Source: an uncultured delta proteobacterium
GTDB lineage: Bacteria; Desulfobacterota; RBG-13-43-22
Reading direction: 5' to 3'
Assembly (NCBI GenBank): GCA_963769305.1
Contig: CAVYLJ010000034.1
Location: 72,647-136,646, forward strand
Length of the DNA: 64,000 bases
The notes under the pieces were generated by a model, which saw only the letters and a program-made list of their open reading frames with translations, was not told the origin of the DNA and did no database searches. The stretch's first letter is position 1. Each line of letters begins with the position of its first letter. The translations under genes were made by a program, and so were the position numbers. Positions 28,660-39,638 of the stretch are shown here, in pieces.

Positions 28660-29424
28660 TTAAAGGGTCCCATATTCTTTCAGATAATCATCAAAAATTC
28701 TTTTTAAGTCAGTGGAGATGGGCTGCCAGCTTCCCTCTATTTGAACCGGGATCTGCTCTTCGAACAGATATTCGACTACCTCGGATATCGGGGCTATCGC
28801 ATAAACAGGGACTCCGGTCCTTTGGGTAAATTGTCTTAAGGCGTCTTCTCCCTTTTTCCCCAAAAGGACTTTCCCTTCCGCATCATAACAGGCCGTGGTC
28901 TGCTGACGATCAATGCCCAGACACAATCCAACGAGGCGAATCGATATTTTTTTCTGTTCCCTTTCCTGGGCGATCTTTTCCAAAAGTTCATATTTGGTGG
29001 CCATGGAAGTTCCCACGTCGTCCACGATCCACAAACCGCATCCCTCGAAGAAGGTGTTGTTGACCATCAGATTTTTTTGTCCCGACGCCTCGCCATAGGC
29101 CTTGATCTCTTTGCGGTCATATTCAAAATAGATTTCTTTTTGATGCTCTGTCCAGAGGGTTATGGCCATGGACTGGGCAATGGCGCTGCCTTTATAAGAA
29201 GGTCCTAAGATGATATCCACTTCCGGCAGTCGGTTCGACTCCAGGAGCAGTCGGGTAAAAAAAGAGCCCAGGCGAAAACTCAATTTCCCGGTACACAAAC
29301 GTCCCATGTTAACGAAATAAGGACTGGGGCGGCCATCCTTCAGGACCAAGCCCTTTCTGAAAAAAAGACTTCCTGTCTCGGCTAAAAACCGGGCAAATTC
29401 TTGTTGGTATGGTTTAAGGGACAT
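28660..29424 (-). CDS. pyrE: Orotate phosphoribosyltransferase-like protein (long form)
   Basis: MSLKPYQQEFARFLAETGSLFF..., SPYFVN, ILGPSYKGSAIA and the PRPP motif LWIVDDVGTSMATK parallel E. coli PyrE. Start taken at ATG 29424. Confidence 0.75.
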   Translation of the reverse strand: MSLKPYQQEFARFLAETGSLFFRKGLVLKDGRPSPYFVNMGRLCTGKLSFRLGSFFTRLLLESNRLPEVDIILGPSYKGSAIAQSMAITLWTEHQKEIYFEYDRKEIKAYGEASGQKNLMVNNTFFEGCGLWIVDDVGTSMATKYELLEKIAQEREQKKISIRLVGLCLGIDRQQTTACYDAEGKVLLGKKGEDALRQFTQRTGVPVYAIAPISEVVEYLFEEQIPVQIEGSWQPISTDLKRIFDDYLKEYGTL

Positions 29425-29622
29425 GGTTCTTATCCTAACATATTTAACGGTCAGGCCACTTATAGGCAAGAAACAAATCACTTCATGATTCGAAATCCAA
29501 TATTCGTATTTTCGTACTAACCAGGACAACCTGGATCGGCTTTTCTTGACTTTTGAGCCTTTCCCTCTAATAATCTTTCAGGTCTCAATTAAATTTTAGG
29601 CGGCATCGTAAGGAACAATAAG

Positions 29623-30789
29623 ATGCGTTTTGGAATCGATTCTTTTTTAGCCCATCCGCCGGCGGATTTACTGAATAAGCGCTGGGGTCTCCTTTCCAAC
29701 CAGGCCTCGGTAAATCAAAAAGGATATTATAGCAAAGATCTCCTGCGGGGTAAATTTGAAAATAACCTGACCTGTTTATTCTCTCCCCAACATGGCTTTT
29801 GGGGCACCGAACAGGACAATATGGTCGAGACCCCGGACAGCCTGGATCCGGCCACGGGCCTGCCCATTTACAGTCTTTACAGCCAAACACGCCGCCCCAC
29901 CTCCCGGATGCTGGAGGCCGTCGATGTGCTTTTAATCGACCTCCAGGATGTGGGGACCAGGGTCTATACCTTTATCACCACCCTGGCCTATTGTCTTCAG
30001 GAAGCCCGAAGGCATGGAAAAAAAATCGTGGTCCTCGACCGGCCCAATCCCATCGGGGGATTAGCCGTGGAAGGGAATATGCTTCAGACCGACTGGACTT
30101 CCTTCGTCGGGGTTTTTCCGTTGCCCATGCGCCACGGCCTGACCCTCGGAGAATTGGCACAATTGTTTAATCAGGAATTGGCCATCCTGGCCGAACTTCG
30201 GGTGATCTCCCTTGAAGGTTGGGACCGATCTATGTATTTTGATCAAACCGGATATCCCTGGATCATGCCCTCTCCCAACATGCCGGGCTTAAATACGGCC
30301 CTGGTCTATCCGGGACAGGTGCTCCTTGAAGGGACCAACATTTCGGAAGGCCGGGGGACCACCCGGCCCTTTGAGATCTTCGGGGCCCCCTTTATAGATC
30401 CTTTGAAGTTAAAGAAATATCTTAAGGGTGTCCCCCTGCCGGGAGTACAATTAATGGAGATGGCCTTCCGTCCTACCTTTCAAAAATGGCAGGGCCAGGA
30501 ATGCCGGGGCTTTTTTCTCCGGGTCTATGATCGGCAAGTCTTTAAACCTTATTATACCTCATTGACCTTGCTACAGGCCATCCGGGCCAATTATCCTGAG
30601 GTCTTTGTCTGGAAGGCTCCTCCTTATGAATATGAAACCAAACGCCTGCCCATTGATTTATTGATCGGGGATCAAGAGATTCGACAAGCCCTGGAGGCCG
30701 GTGAACCCATCCCGGAACTGGAGGCCGCCTGGCAAGAGGGGTTAAACGGCTTTTTAAGAAAGCGGAAAAAATATCTCCTTTACTCATGA
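29623..30789 (+). CDS. DUF1343 family protein (NamZ-like exo-beta-N-acetylmuramidase)
   Basis: 388 aa. MRFGIDSFL...KRWGLLSNQASV... is the typical DUF1343 N-terminus. Confidence 0.7.
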   Translation: MRFGIDSFLAHPPADLLNKRWGLLSNQASVNQKGYYSKDLLRGKFENNLTCLFSPQHGFWGTEQDNMVETPDSLDPATGLPIYSLYSQTRRPTSRMLEAVDVLLIDLQDVGTRVYTFITTLAYCLQEARRHGKKIVVLDRPNPIGGLAVEGNMLQTDWTSFVGVFPLPMRHGLTLGELAQLFNQELAILAELRVISLEGWDRSMYFDQTGYPWIMPSPNMPGLNTALVYPGQVLLEGTNISEGRGTTRPFEIFGAPFIDPLKLKKYLKGVPLPGVQLMEMAFRPTFQKWQGQECRGFFLRVYDRQVFKPYYTSLTLLQAIRANYPEVFVWKAPPYEYETKRLPIDLLIGDQEIRQALEAGEPIPELEAAWQEGLNGFLRKRKKYLLYS

Positions 30790-31397
30790 CTCCCCATCGG
30801 TCCCCTATATACCTGGCCACCAGGTCCGCCGCCCGCAGCATCCTCCCTGTAGGTTTTCAAGTCCAAATTCAAGGGCTTCACCATTTACCTGAAACGGGCC
30901 CGGCCATATTGATTCCCAAGCATCAACGATGGTGGGATGTCCCACTCCTGGGCGCCTTTATCCCCCGGCCTTTATATTTTTTGGCTAAACAGGAATTGTT
31001 TGCCAATTCCTTTTCACGGTTTTATATGCGCTGCCTGGGAGGGATCTCCATAGATCGAAAGAATCCTTTGAGGAGTCTCAAGACCTTTCGTTCCTTATCG
31101 CCGTTGCTCAAAGGAAAATCATTCCTGGTCCTTTTTCCGGAAGGGACCTATTTCCAGGGGACCATGGGACCCGGTAAGTGGCGTCTGATTCAAATGATCC
31201 TCAACCTCCAGCATAAACAAACCTTGCCCCCCATTCCTTTTGTCCCCGTGGGAATAGTCTATTCATCTAAAATCAAAAGCCGTAAAAGGGGGGTGGAAAT
31301 AACGCTCGGCCCCGCCCTTATGGAACCCAATCCTCTCCGGGCCGAGGCCTTTACCTGCGAACTCTTATGCCGGGTCAAGATTCTCAGCCGTCTATAA
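30786..31397 (+). CDS. Lysophospholipid (1-acyl-sn-glycerol-3-phosphate) acyltransferase family protein
   Basis: HX4D motif (KHQRWWD) and FPEGTY motif. There is a 4-nt overlap with the preceding gene. Confidence 0.75.
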   Translation: MTPHRSPIYLATRSAARSILPVGFQVQIQGLHHLPETGPAILIPKHQRWWDVPLLGAFIPRPLYFLAKQELFANSFSRFYMRCLGGISIDRKNPLRSLKTFRSLSPLLKGKSFLVLFPEGTYFQGTMGPGKWRLIQMILNLQHKQTLPPIPFVPVGIVYSSKIKSRKRGVEITLGPALMEPNPLRAEAFTCELLCRVKILSRL

Positions 31398-33715
31398 GGC
31401 TTTATTCTTCGGCTTGGTCTCCGGGGCCGGAGGAAAAAAAACGGAAAAAGTCGTTTCTCCGGAACAATGGCAGTCCTCTTTTCGGGTACAAAAAGGGCAT
31501 TGACTGATCCGGCCGGGACAGGGGTCTTCTTCCCTGGGGATGGACCCGCACCGGGTGGAGGTTACGCTGATTTGAAATCCGTATCGCTCGGAAAGGATCT
31601 TCATGCGCAATAGATCGGCCCCTTTGCCACCGGCATTAAAATCAAAGGGCTTCTTGGTGGAATAATTCATGGTATCCCGGGCGTGAAAAAACCCCTCAAA
31701 GATCCTCCTTTGGTCCTCTTCGGTGATACCCACCCCATAGTCATGAACGGTAACCAGGGACCCTCGGCCTTTTTGTTGAACGGCTATTTCTATCCTTCCT
31801 TCATCCGGGGTGTTTTCGACGGCGTTCCGGATCAGGCCGTCGACGACCTTCTGAAGCACCTCAGGCGGTACCAAAACGGGAGGGGCAGGAGAAAGGTGGC
31901 TGACGATCTCTATCCGTCGATGGGAAAACCGGGGCTTCAATTCTTCCAACCTTTTTCCCACCCATTTCTCCAAATGGATTTTCTGGGCTGAAGATTCCTT
32001 CGGCCCGAAGAAATCTTCAATTTTCTTTCTAATTTTTTCGGCCAATGGTTCTTCTCCGGTTTCCACTGCCACCAGGGTGGTTAATTCATCAGTGCACTCC
32101 TCTAACAGAAGGGAAAGGAGACCGTAGGCTTTTTGGTCTTTGCCGGTCATGATGTCGTCCACTTCGTATTGGATCTCTAAGAGGCGGTCCAAATTCCGCT
32201 TAATCCTCTCCACGGCCGGCTGCCAGGTCTCTTCGGAAAGGGCGCTTACTTTCCTGATGATCGTGTTAAAAGACCCTGAAAGGACGGCCAGTGGCGTCTT
32301 CAATTCATGGGACAGGTGATTGATGGCCTTATCCTTGGCCCGGTTGAGGCTGGAGACCTCCCGGTAGGCCTTTTTTAGTTCTTCCGTCACCCGGGCATTT
32401 TCAATCGAAAGGACTACCGTGCCGGCAATCATGTTCAACAATTCCACATCAGTCTGATCAAAGTCCCCGGTTTTTTTATTGATGGCACAAAGGGTCCCGA
32501 TAATCCGATCAATGCTCTTCAAAGGGACCAAGGCCAGATTTCGAGTCTCATACCCCAGCTTGCTGTCCCGCAGTTGATGGAGTTCCCGAATCGCTCGAAA
32601 GATCATTGACGATCATCGGTTCTCCGGTCTTGATGACCCGTCCGGCCACGAGTTGATTCATGGAAAAACGAATTTCTCCGGCCTTTTTTTCCATGTCCAT
32701 ATCATCATAGGCAGCACCGAGGATAAAAAGGTCCCCTTTCAGTTCATCATGGAGGATGACGATGGCTCCTTCGGTGTTTAAAAGGGTTTTCACTTCGTTG
32801 TTGATATAATAAAGCAGGTCTTCCAAGTCCGGGTGTTCGGGCAGGGCCAGGCTGATCTTAACCATGGCTTCATTGTTCCGGGCAATCTGTTTTTCACGGG
32901 TAATGTCCCGGATAATGACGATTTCTCCTGCCGGCTCTTCCGGGATCAACCGAAAAAACAGCCGCCCGGATGACCACATCCAGTACACGGCCGTCTTTGG
33001 TCAGGCGCTGGGTTTCGGAGCGAAGGATGAGCCTTTCCTTTAAAAGTCTTTTGATCCCCTCCTGGGTTGATCGTTCCAACCAGGGGGGCACATAGGGAAT
33101 TCGTTTTCCTTCCAGTTCCTCCAAGGTCCAGCCGAAAATTTCCGTAAAAGCCGGGTTCAGATAGTTCACCCGCCCATCCAGGGTAAAGACCACTACCGGA
33201 TACGGTTCAAACTCGACCAAGGCCCTCATCCGTCTTTCCGATTTTTTTAAGGCCTCTTCGACTTTTTTTCGCTCGGTAATGTCCTGCAGGGTCTCTATGG
33301 CCCCTACGATCAGCCCCACATCGTCCAGTAACGGGGCAGCCGTAAAAAAGAGCCATTTCCCTCCCCCGGCCAAATTGGGAAAATAATCCTCCGCCTCGTA
33401 AGCGCCCGGAATAAGATCCGATTTTTTATACTTATCCATATAACGCTTGGCAATTTCTTCTTCGGATCCTTTTTCGACAATATAATCGGCCAAGATTGGT
33501 CTCTGGGTCGGATAAAAGGCCTTCCAATGATTTTGGGTCCCGATAAGTTCCTCGGCCGAAAAGCCGGTTAATTTTTCATAGGCCCGGTTACAATGGGTAA
33601 TAACATGGTTGAGATCAATAACGAAGGTGGCTATGGAAAGCCCTTCGATGATCCGGGAAAGACGCTTTTCACTTTCTAAAACAGTTTCCTGCCGGCATTC
33701 TTCTTGGCTGGCCAT
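31392..33715 (-). CDS. PAS/PAS/GAF sensor histidine kinase with a Cys-rich C-terminal tail, two apparent frameshifts (~32920, ~32580)
   Basis: ORF 32894..33715 carries the PAS domains and 32548..32988 the GAF domain. ORF 31392..32606 carries HisKA (LSHELKTPL), HATPase_c and the tail CGSIPREEDPCPGRISQCPFCTRKEDCHC. Confidence 0.85.
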
Positions 33716-33805
33716 TTTACCTTTCCTTTAATTCCGCATTGCAATTTTTCATTTTGGATGGTTTCTAAAATAAATGGGCCGGTAAATTCATCCGTAGAAA
33801 CTCAG

Positions 33806-34954
33806 TTAGACCTTTTTCGCAATTTCTCCGATGGCCTGGAGAAAAGTTTCTATCTCCATTTCGGTATTGAAAAACCCAGGACTGACCCGAACGGTTCCTT
33901 CCGGGAAGGTTCCCAGGGTGCGGTGGGCCAGGGCTGCACAATGCAGGCCGGCCCGGACGGCAATGTCGTAAGCCATGTCCAGGATGGAGGCCACGGCCTG
34001 AGGATTTAAGGAGCCTATATTGAAAGAAACCACGGCCGTTCGAGCTTCGGCCTCTTCCGGACCGTAGACCACGACCTGGGGGATTTTTTTTAAACCTTCC
34101 CACAACAGTTGGGCCAAAAGCATTTCTTTTTTTCGGATTTGGTCCAGGCCCTGCTCTAAAATAAATCGGACTCCGGCCCCCAACCCGGCCAGCCCAGGGG
34201 TATTCAAGGTGCCGGATTCCATCCGGTCGGGCAAAAAATCGGGCTGGATTTCCAATTCCGATTGACTGCCCGTTCCCCCCTCGATTAAAGGACGTAAGGA
34301 AATTCCCGGTCCGATATATAAGAAGCCGGTGCCCTGAGGACCCATCAGTCCCTTGTGGCCCGGGGCCGCCAGGAGATCTATGCCCATCCTGGCCGCCGAG
34401 ATAGGAACCAGACCGGCGGTCTGGGCCGCATCCACCATAAACAAGATCCCCTGCTTATGGGTGATCTCGGCCACTTCGCTCACGGGCATCAAACCCCCGG
34501 TTACATTGGAGGCATGGGTCAAAACAATGAGTCTGGTATTTTTCCGGATGGCTTTTTCTATGGCCGTGGCTTGGATCTGTCCTTGGGCGTTGCCGGAAAC
34601 GATGCGTTATCTCGACGTCCGAGGGTTTCCAGAAAGCGGAGGGGGCGAATGACCGAATTGTGTTCCATCGACGAGGTGATGACATGATCTCCGGGATTGA
34701 GAAGCCCCTTTAGCCCCAGATTAATGGCCTCTGTGGTATTGGCGGTAAAAACGATTCGATTCGGGTCCTCTATGTCGAACAATTCGGCCAGGGCCTGTCG
34801 TGTCCGGGAAATCCATTGGCCGGCCTTCACGGCCAAGCCGTGGCCGGCCCGGCCCGGGTTGGCTCCGCATATTTTTCAGTACTTCGTTAACGGTCTGATA
34901 AACCGTTTCCGGCTTGGGGTGGGAAGAGGCGGCATTGTCTAAATAGAGCGTCAT
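33806..34954 (-). CDS. Cysteine desulfurase / class V aminotransferase, at least three apparent frameshifts
   Basis: MTLYLDNAASSHPKP..., SSMEHNSV, THASNVTG and APGHKGLMGPQGTGFLY are spread over ORFs 34721..34954, 34558..34836 and 33806..34522. Confidence 0.85.
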
Positions 34955-34958
34955 TTCC

Positions 34959-35753
34959 TCAATCCAAAACCCTCTCCCTTCCGGTATAGACGATCAGGTT
35001 CTTTCCGCGCACATAACCGATGAGGGTGACGCCAACCTGTTGGGCCAGGGAAATAGCCATCGAAGTGGCTGCCGACCTGGAGATCAAGACCGGAATCCCC
35101 ATGCGGCTGGTCTTGATCAGGATTTCCGAGGTAATCCGACCGGTGGTGACCAGGACCTTGTCTCCAAGGAAGAGATTATCTAAAAAACATTGGCCGTAGA
35201 TCTTGTCAACGGCATTATGCCGGCCGATGTCCGCCCGGAATAAGACCAAATCTTCCACCGTGGCCAAGGCGGAATTATGGACCCCCCCGGTCATCTTATA
35301 CAAGTCCGAGGCTTCGGCCAGACGCTGCATTAAATGAAAAACCTGCTGGCTGCTTATTTTCAGGGAGGAGTCGATCTTCTCCATAATCAACTCATCCAGG
35401 GCGTTATAGAAGGTGGTCCCTTTACCGCAACCGGAGGTCAGGGTCCGGCGCAGAAACAATTTTTCCACCAGCAGGGTATCCTCCTCAACCTCCACCCGAA
35501 CCAGCCGGTCGGCTTCATCCACAAAAACCGATTTAAGATCCGGCAGCCGGTTGATGAGACCTTCGGATTTCAAAAAACCGATGGCCAGGGTCTTCAAATG
35601 ATCGCCTAAACAAAGGAGGGTCACTATTTCGTGGTCATTTAAATAGATGGTCAGGGGGACTTCCCGAACAATGGCTCGGACCTGTTCTATCAACCCTTGT
35701 TCGCTCCATTTAAAGACCTTATGGGATTCAAAGGGGATGTTTTGATTGTCCAT
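34959..35753 (-). CDS. fdhD: Formate dehydrogenase accessory sulfurtransferase FdhD
   Basis: 264 aa with the TSGCGKGTTF motif and a C-terminal ISRSAATSMAI region. Confidence 0.85.
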   Translation of the reverse strand: MDNQNIPFESHKVFKWSEQGLIEQVRAIVREVPLTIYLNDHEIVTLLCLGDHLKTLAIGFLKSEGLINRLPDLKSVFVDEADRLVRVEVEEDTLLVEKLFLRRTLTSGCGKGTTFYNALDELIMEKIDSSLKISSQQVFHLMQRLAEASDLYKMTGGVHNSALATVEDLVLFRADIGRHNAVDKIYGQCFLDNLFLGDKVLVTTGRITSEILIKTSRMGIPVLISRSAATSMAISLAQQVGVTLIGYVRGKNLIVYTGRERVLD

Positions 35754-36357
35754 CAGCGAAGGAGTGCCTCATTTTTTGGGAAACGGCCAGATCTTCCTGG
35801 GTATTGATGTTGAAAAAGGAAATTAAATCCGGGTCAACCTGTCTCAAGATTTCCTCGGGAATTTTTTTAACCTTAACGCGGGAAAAAAGTTTGGAGATCT
35901 TCATCTCCCCTTGGGTTAATTGTTCTTCAATGGGCTTTAAACACCTCCTGGAGTAAAGGGCGCATAGAGGTTGATACCCTTCCCTGGTCACCGGGACAAT
36001 AGCATCCCACTGGGGTTCGAGTTCCTGAAGCAGGAGGTGGATCATTTCCCTTTTTAAAAAAGGCATATCGCAGGCCGTTATAAAGGCATGGGAAGGCCGG
36101 GTATAAAAAAGTCCGGCATGGATCCCGGTTAAAGAACTTCGAATCGGCAACAGATCGCTGACGATCAGGACGTCCCAGGCGCAAAATTCAAGGGGCCGAT
36201 TGGTCACCAGGATCACTTGCTCGAAGAATTCCTGAAAGAGTTCAATCTGCCGGGAGGTAATGGATCGATCGCCCACGGAAAGGAGGGCCTTGTTCTGCCC
36301 GGCCATCCGTTTATTCAAACCACCGGCTAATATAATTCCTGCACAAGGATATTTCAT
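35728..36357 (-). CDS. mobA: Molybdenum cofactor guanylyltransferase MobA
   Basis: AGIILAGGLNKRMAGQNKALL motif. Start taken at MKYPCAG (ATG 36357). Confidence 0.8.
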   Translation of the reverse strand: MKYPCAGIILAGGLNKRMAGQNKALLSVGDRSITSRQIELFQEFFEQVILVTNRPLEFCAWDVLIVSDLLPIRSSLTGIHAGLFYTRPSHAFITACDMPFLKREMIHLLLQELEPQWDAIVPVTREGYQPLCALYSRRCLKPIEEQLTQGEMKISKLFSRVKVKKIPEEILRQVDPDLISFFNINTQEDLAVSQKMRHSFADGQSKHPL

Positions 36358-36368
36358 TTTAAGCACTC

Positions 36369-36450
36369 TAGCTATCAGCTGATCAGCAATCAGAGAAATG
36401 AAAAATATAACCGCCAGCGGCTGATAGCTGACAGGCTGACCGCTGATGGG
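36369..36450. repeat. GCTGAT/GCTGAC-rich palindromic intergenic element
   Basis: tagctatcagctgatcagc ... cagcggctgatagctgacaggctgaccgctgatggg. A related GCTGTCAGCGATTAGC...GCTGACTACTGATGGC element lies at 9623..9700. Confidence 0.5.
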
Positions 36451-36457
36451 CTCACTC

Positions 36458-37865
36458 TTATTCCAACCCATATCGTCTGATCTTATTAAGCAACCCCCGG
36501 CGACTTAAACCCAATTTTTGGGCCGCCCGTGTCCGATTGCCGCCGACCTCTTCCAGGGCTTTTTTAACCAGGGCCTTTTCCATGCGGTCGGTGATTTCTT
36601 GAACGGTCCCCTGATTAAGGTCGCGGGAACTGCTGGAAACATTCCGGATAGAATCGGATAACAAATCAGGGGTAATGGTTCCTTGGTCAGAGGCCAGGGT
36701 CAAGGCCCTGAGGATTTCATTTTCCAGCTCCCGGATGTTACCAGGGAAAGGGTACATATCCAAAAGAGACAGACATTCCGGGCTGAACTGGCATTGCTTT
36801 TCCAGTTTCCGGCAATATTTGTTTAAAAAATAATCGGCCAGCAAGGGAATATCCCCGACCCGATCCCGTAAAGGGGGCAAGGGGATGGGAAAGGCTTGAA
36901 CCCGATAATAGAGGTCCTCCCTGAACCTTCCGGCCGAAATTTCGGCCTTTAAATCCCGATGGGTGGCGGCGATCACCCGAACATCCACCTTGCTGGGGGT
37001 CACTTCTCCGACGCGCCGTATTTCCCCCTCCTGCAGGACCCTTAAAAGCCGGACCTGCAGCGAGGGCGGGGTATCTCCCACTTCATCCAAAAAGATAGTC
37101 CCTTTATGGGCCAATTCAAAGAGCCCTTTCTTGTCGGCTACCGCTCCGGTAAAGGCCCCTTTCTTATGGCCGAAGAGTTCGCTCTCCAAGAGTCCTTCAG
37201 GCAGGGCGGCACAGTTCTGGGCGACAAAAGGCTGGTCTTTTCTGGAGCTGTTGTAATGAATCGAGCGGGCCACCAATTCCTTGCCGGTCCCCGTTTCCCC
37301 CTGGATCAACACATTTACCGGGCTTTCGATGGCCTTTTCCATCAGATAGAAGGCCTTTTTCATGGCCGGACTGTTTCCGATGATATTTTCAAAGGAATAT
37401 TTTCCCTGGATCTCTTTTCTCAGAAGAATATTTTGTTCCTTGGATTCTTTCAACTTGGCCCGAGCGGAGGTCAGCTCCAGATACATCTTCCGGATGCGGA
37501 GCATGGACCGGACCCGGGCCAATAATTCAAAGGTCTTAAAGGGCTTGGTGATATAGTCATCGGCCCCGGAATCAAGTCCTTTCACCCGTTCTTCCATATC
37601 GGCCAGGGCCGTACACCATGATTACCGGGATAAACCGGGTCTTTGGATTGACCTTGATTTTTTTTACCACATCAAACCCGTCCATTTTAGGCAGGATGAT
37701 ATCCAGCAAGACCAGATCGGGCAAGGATTCCTGGATCAGTTGCAGGCCTTTTTCCCCGTCCGCAGCCCATTGGGTTTTGTAGCCATGATCGGCCAATTCT
37801 TGTCCCAGAAGATCGGCTTCCAAGGGATCGTCTTCGATGATCAGGATCTGAAAGGGTTCTGCCAT
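36458..37865 (-). CDS. Sigma-54-dependent response regulator (NtrC family: REC + AAA+ + Fis-type HTH), apparent frameshift near 37590
   Basis: The REC domain (ILIIEDDP...[14 protein letters not shown]) is in ORF 37572..37928. [14 protein letters not shown] and ESELFGH, plus the C-terminal HTH, are in ORF 36458..37597. Confidence 0.9.
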
Positions 37866-37946
37866 GGCGTCCGGCCCCTCCGTCTGTCGAATTTTTACTT
37901 CGAAATATGCCCAAACAATCCCGTCCAACGGTCCGGGTGATTTTGT

Positions 37947-38255
37947 TCATTTATCTCGATAAAAAGCGACCATCCGATCCACGATTTCTCTCAGCTTTTC
38001 GGCGCTCTGAAGGACTTTCTCCAGGTTTTCCTGGTGTTTTTCCGGGATCTGATCTCGGGTCTTCCTCAGCACCAGGCTGGTATAGCCCATGATGGCATGC
38101 AAGGGGTTACGCATGTCATGAAAGGTTTTAAATAAAAGTTCCCGGTCCTGACGGTCTTCCTCCCATGCCGATCCCTTCATCTCCGGAGGGGGATTTCCTT
38201 CCTCTTTCTTTATCTGTTCCTGGGGTTTTTCAGTCTTCTTATGATCGGCACTCAT
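37947..38255 (-). CDS. Stand-alone HisKA (DHp) domain protein, 102 aa, no ATPase domain
   Basis: H-box FHDMRNPLHAIMGYTSLV followed by a second helix, after which the ORF ends. It lies 81 nt upstream of the ATG (37865) chosen for the NtrC-type regulator gene. Confidence 0.6.
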   Translation of the reverse strand: MSADHKKTEKPQEQIKKEEGNPPPEMKGSAWEEDRQDRELLFKTFHDMRNPLHAIMGYTSLVLRKTRDQIPEKHQENLEKVLQSAEKLREIVDRMVAFYRDK

Positions 38256-38494
38256 TGGAATTCATGGATCCTCAAAAATACAGAATCTTTCGTCCGTTCC
38301 CTCATTTTAGCGCCATTTATTTCGTAAAATAAAGTATAAATTAAAAAGATAAGAGAATCAAGTTATTTACCCTTAGGGGCCGTTAATCTCATCTTCTTTA
38401 ATTTGACTCCAAACGGTTCTTATGGTTTAAAAAGACGTTGAGCCTTCATTTTTTTATGATCATACTTGGTTCCTGATTTAATTTAAGACGCTCC

Positions 38495-39499
38495 ATGCCA
38501 AAAAAAATTCAAATTGCCTCGAAAACTATTGGAATAACCTCGACCATCCCGGTGGAAATCCTTTTTGCCGCCGGGATGATCCCGGTGGATTTGAATAATA
38601 TTTTTATCACTTCCCCTCAAGCGGCCGCCTGGGTGGAAGAAGCCGAAGAGGAGGGTTTTCCCCGGACCCTTTGCAGTTGGATCAAAGGTATTTATGCCGC
38701 CCTCAAACACAGGCCCGATATCAGGAGGGTCATTGCCGTCACCCAGGGGGATTGCAGTAACACCCAGGCCTTGACCGAGATCCTTCTTCATCAGGGCATC
38801 GAGGTGCTTCACTTCAATTATCCTTATGACCGGGACCCCGATCTCCTTAAAAAAAACCTGGAAGGATTGATGGAGACCTTTGGAGTCTCCTGGTCAAAAG
38901 TAAACCGGGTTAAAAAAAGGATGGCCCCTATCCGGAAACTTCTGGCCTGCCTGGACCGGAAAACCTGGAAAGACAACCTCGTCCATGGCTGGGAGAATCA
39001 TCTCTTTTTGGTCAACAGCTCTGATTTCAAGGGCGATCTGGATCTCTTCGAAGAAGAGATTTCCGCCTTTTTAAAGACCCGGCGTCAGCGGTCCAAAATT
39101 TCGGAAAGGGTTCGTCTGGGATACATCGGCATTCCCCCCATCCAATCCGGACTTTATGAATTTGTTGAAAACCTGGGAGGGAGGATCGTATTCAATGAGA
39201 TCCAGCGTCAGTTCAGCATGCCCGCTTTTGAAAAGGACTTGATCGGCCAATATCTGGCTTATACCTATCCCTATGATATCTTCGGACGGATAAAGGATAT
39301 TGATCAGGCCGTGAAGGAACGAAAGCTGGACGGTCTGATCCACTATACCCAGAGCTTTTGTTTCCGGCAGGTTCAGGACCTCCTGATCCGAAAGCATCTT
39401 TCGGTTCCCATCCTGACCCTGGAGGGAGACAAACCAAGGCCCCTCGACAACCGGACCAAGTTTCGTATCGAGGCCTTTATCGATGTACTCAGGAAGTAA
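38495..39499 (+). CDS. 2-hydroxyacyl-CoA dehydratase family protein (HgdB/BcrC/YjiM-like)
   Basis: 334 aa. The N-terminus IGITSTIPVEILFAAGMIPVDL and conserved Cys positions are typical of the family. Confidence 0.7.
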   Translation: MPKKIQIASKTIGITSTIPVEILFAAGMIPVDLNNIFITSPQAAAWVEEAEEEGFPRTLCSWIKGIYAALKHRPDIRRVIAVTQGDCSNTQALTEILLHQGIEVLHFNYPYDRDPDLLKKNLEGLMETFGVSWSKVNRVKKRMAPIRKLLACLDRKTWKDNLVHGWENHLFLVNSSDFKGDLDLFEEEISAFLKTRRQRSKISERVRLGYIGIPPIQSGLYEFVENLGGRIVFNEIQRQFSMPAFEKDLIGQYLAYTYPYDIFGRIKDIDQAVKERKLDGLIHYTQSFCFRQVQDLLIRKHLSVPILTLEGDKPRPLDNRTKFRIEAFIDVLRK

Positions 39500-39502
39500 A
39501 AT

Positions 39503-39580
39503 CGCCTCCCGACCTCGCCTTTTTGAAAGGGAGGAGAAATCCTCCCCCTTGGGAAAGGGGGATTGAGGGGGATTTGGCCC
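39503..39580. repeat. G/C-tract hairpin-rich intergenic element between two operon genes
   Basis: cctttttgaaagggagg ... cctcccccttgggaaagggggattgagggggatt forms small hairpins (ccttt/aaagg, ccccc/ggggg). It is a single copy in this window. Confidence 0.4.
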
Positions 39581-39638
39581 AACTCTTGAATGAGCGTGGG
39601 TAAATCATTTTTTATGAGTGCGAAATAAAGGAAACTAA

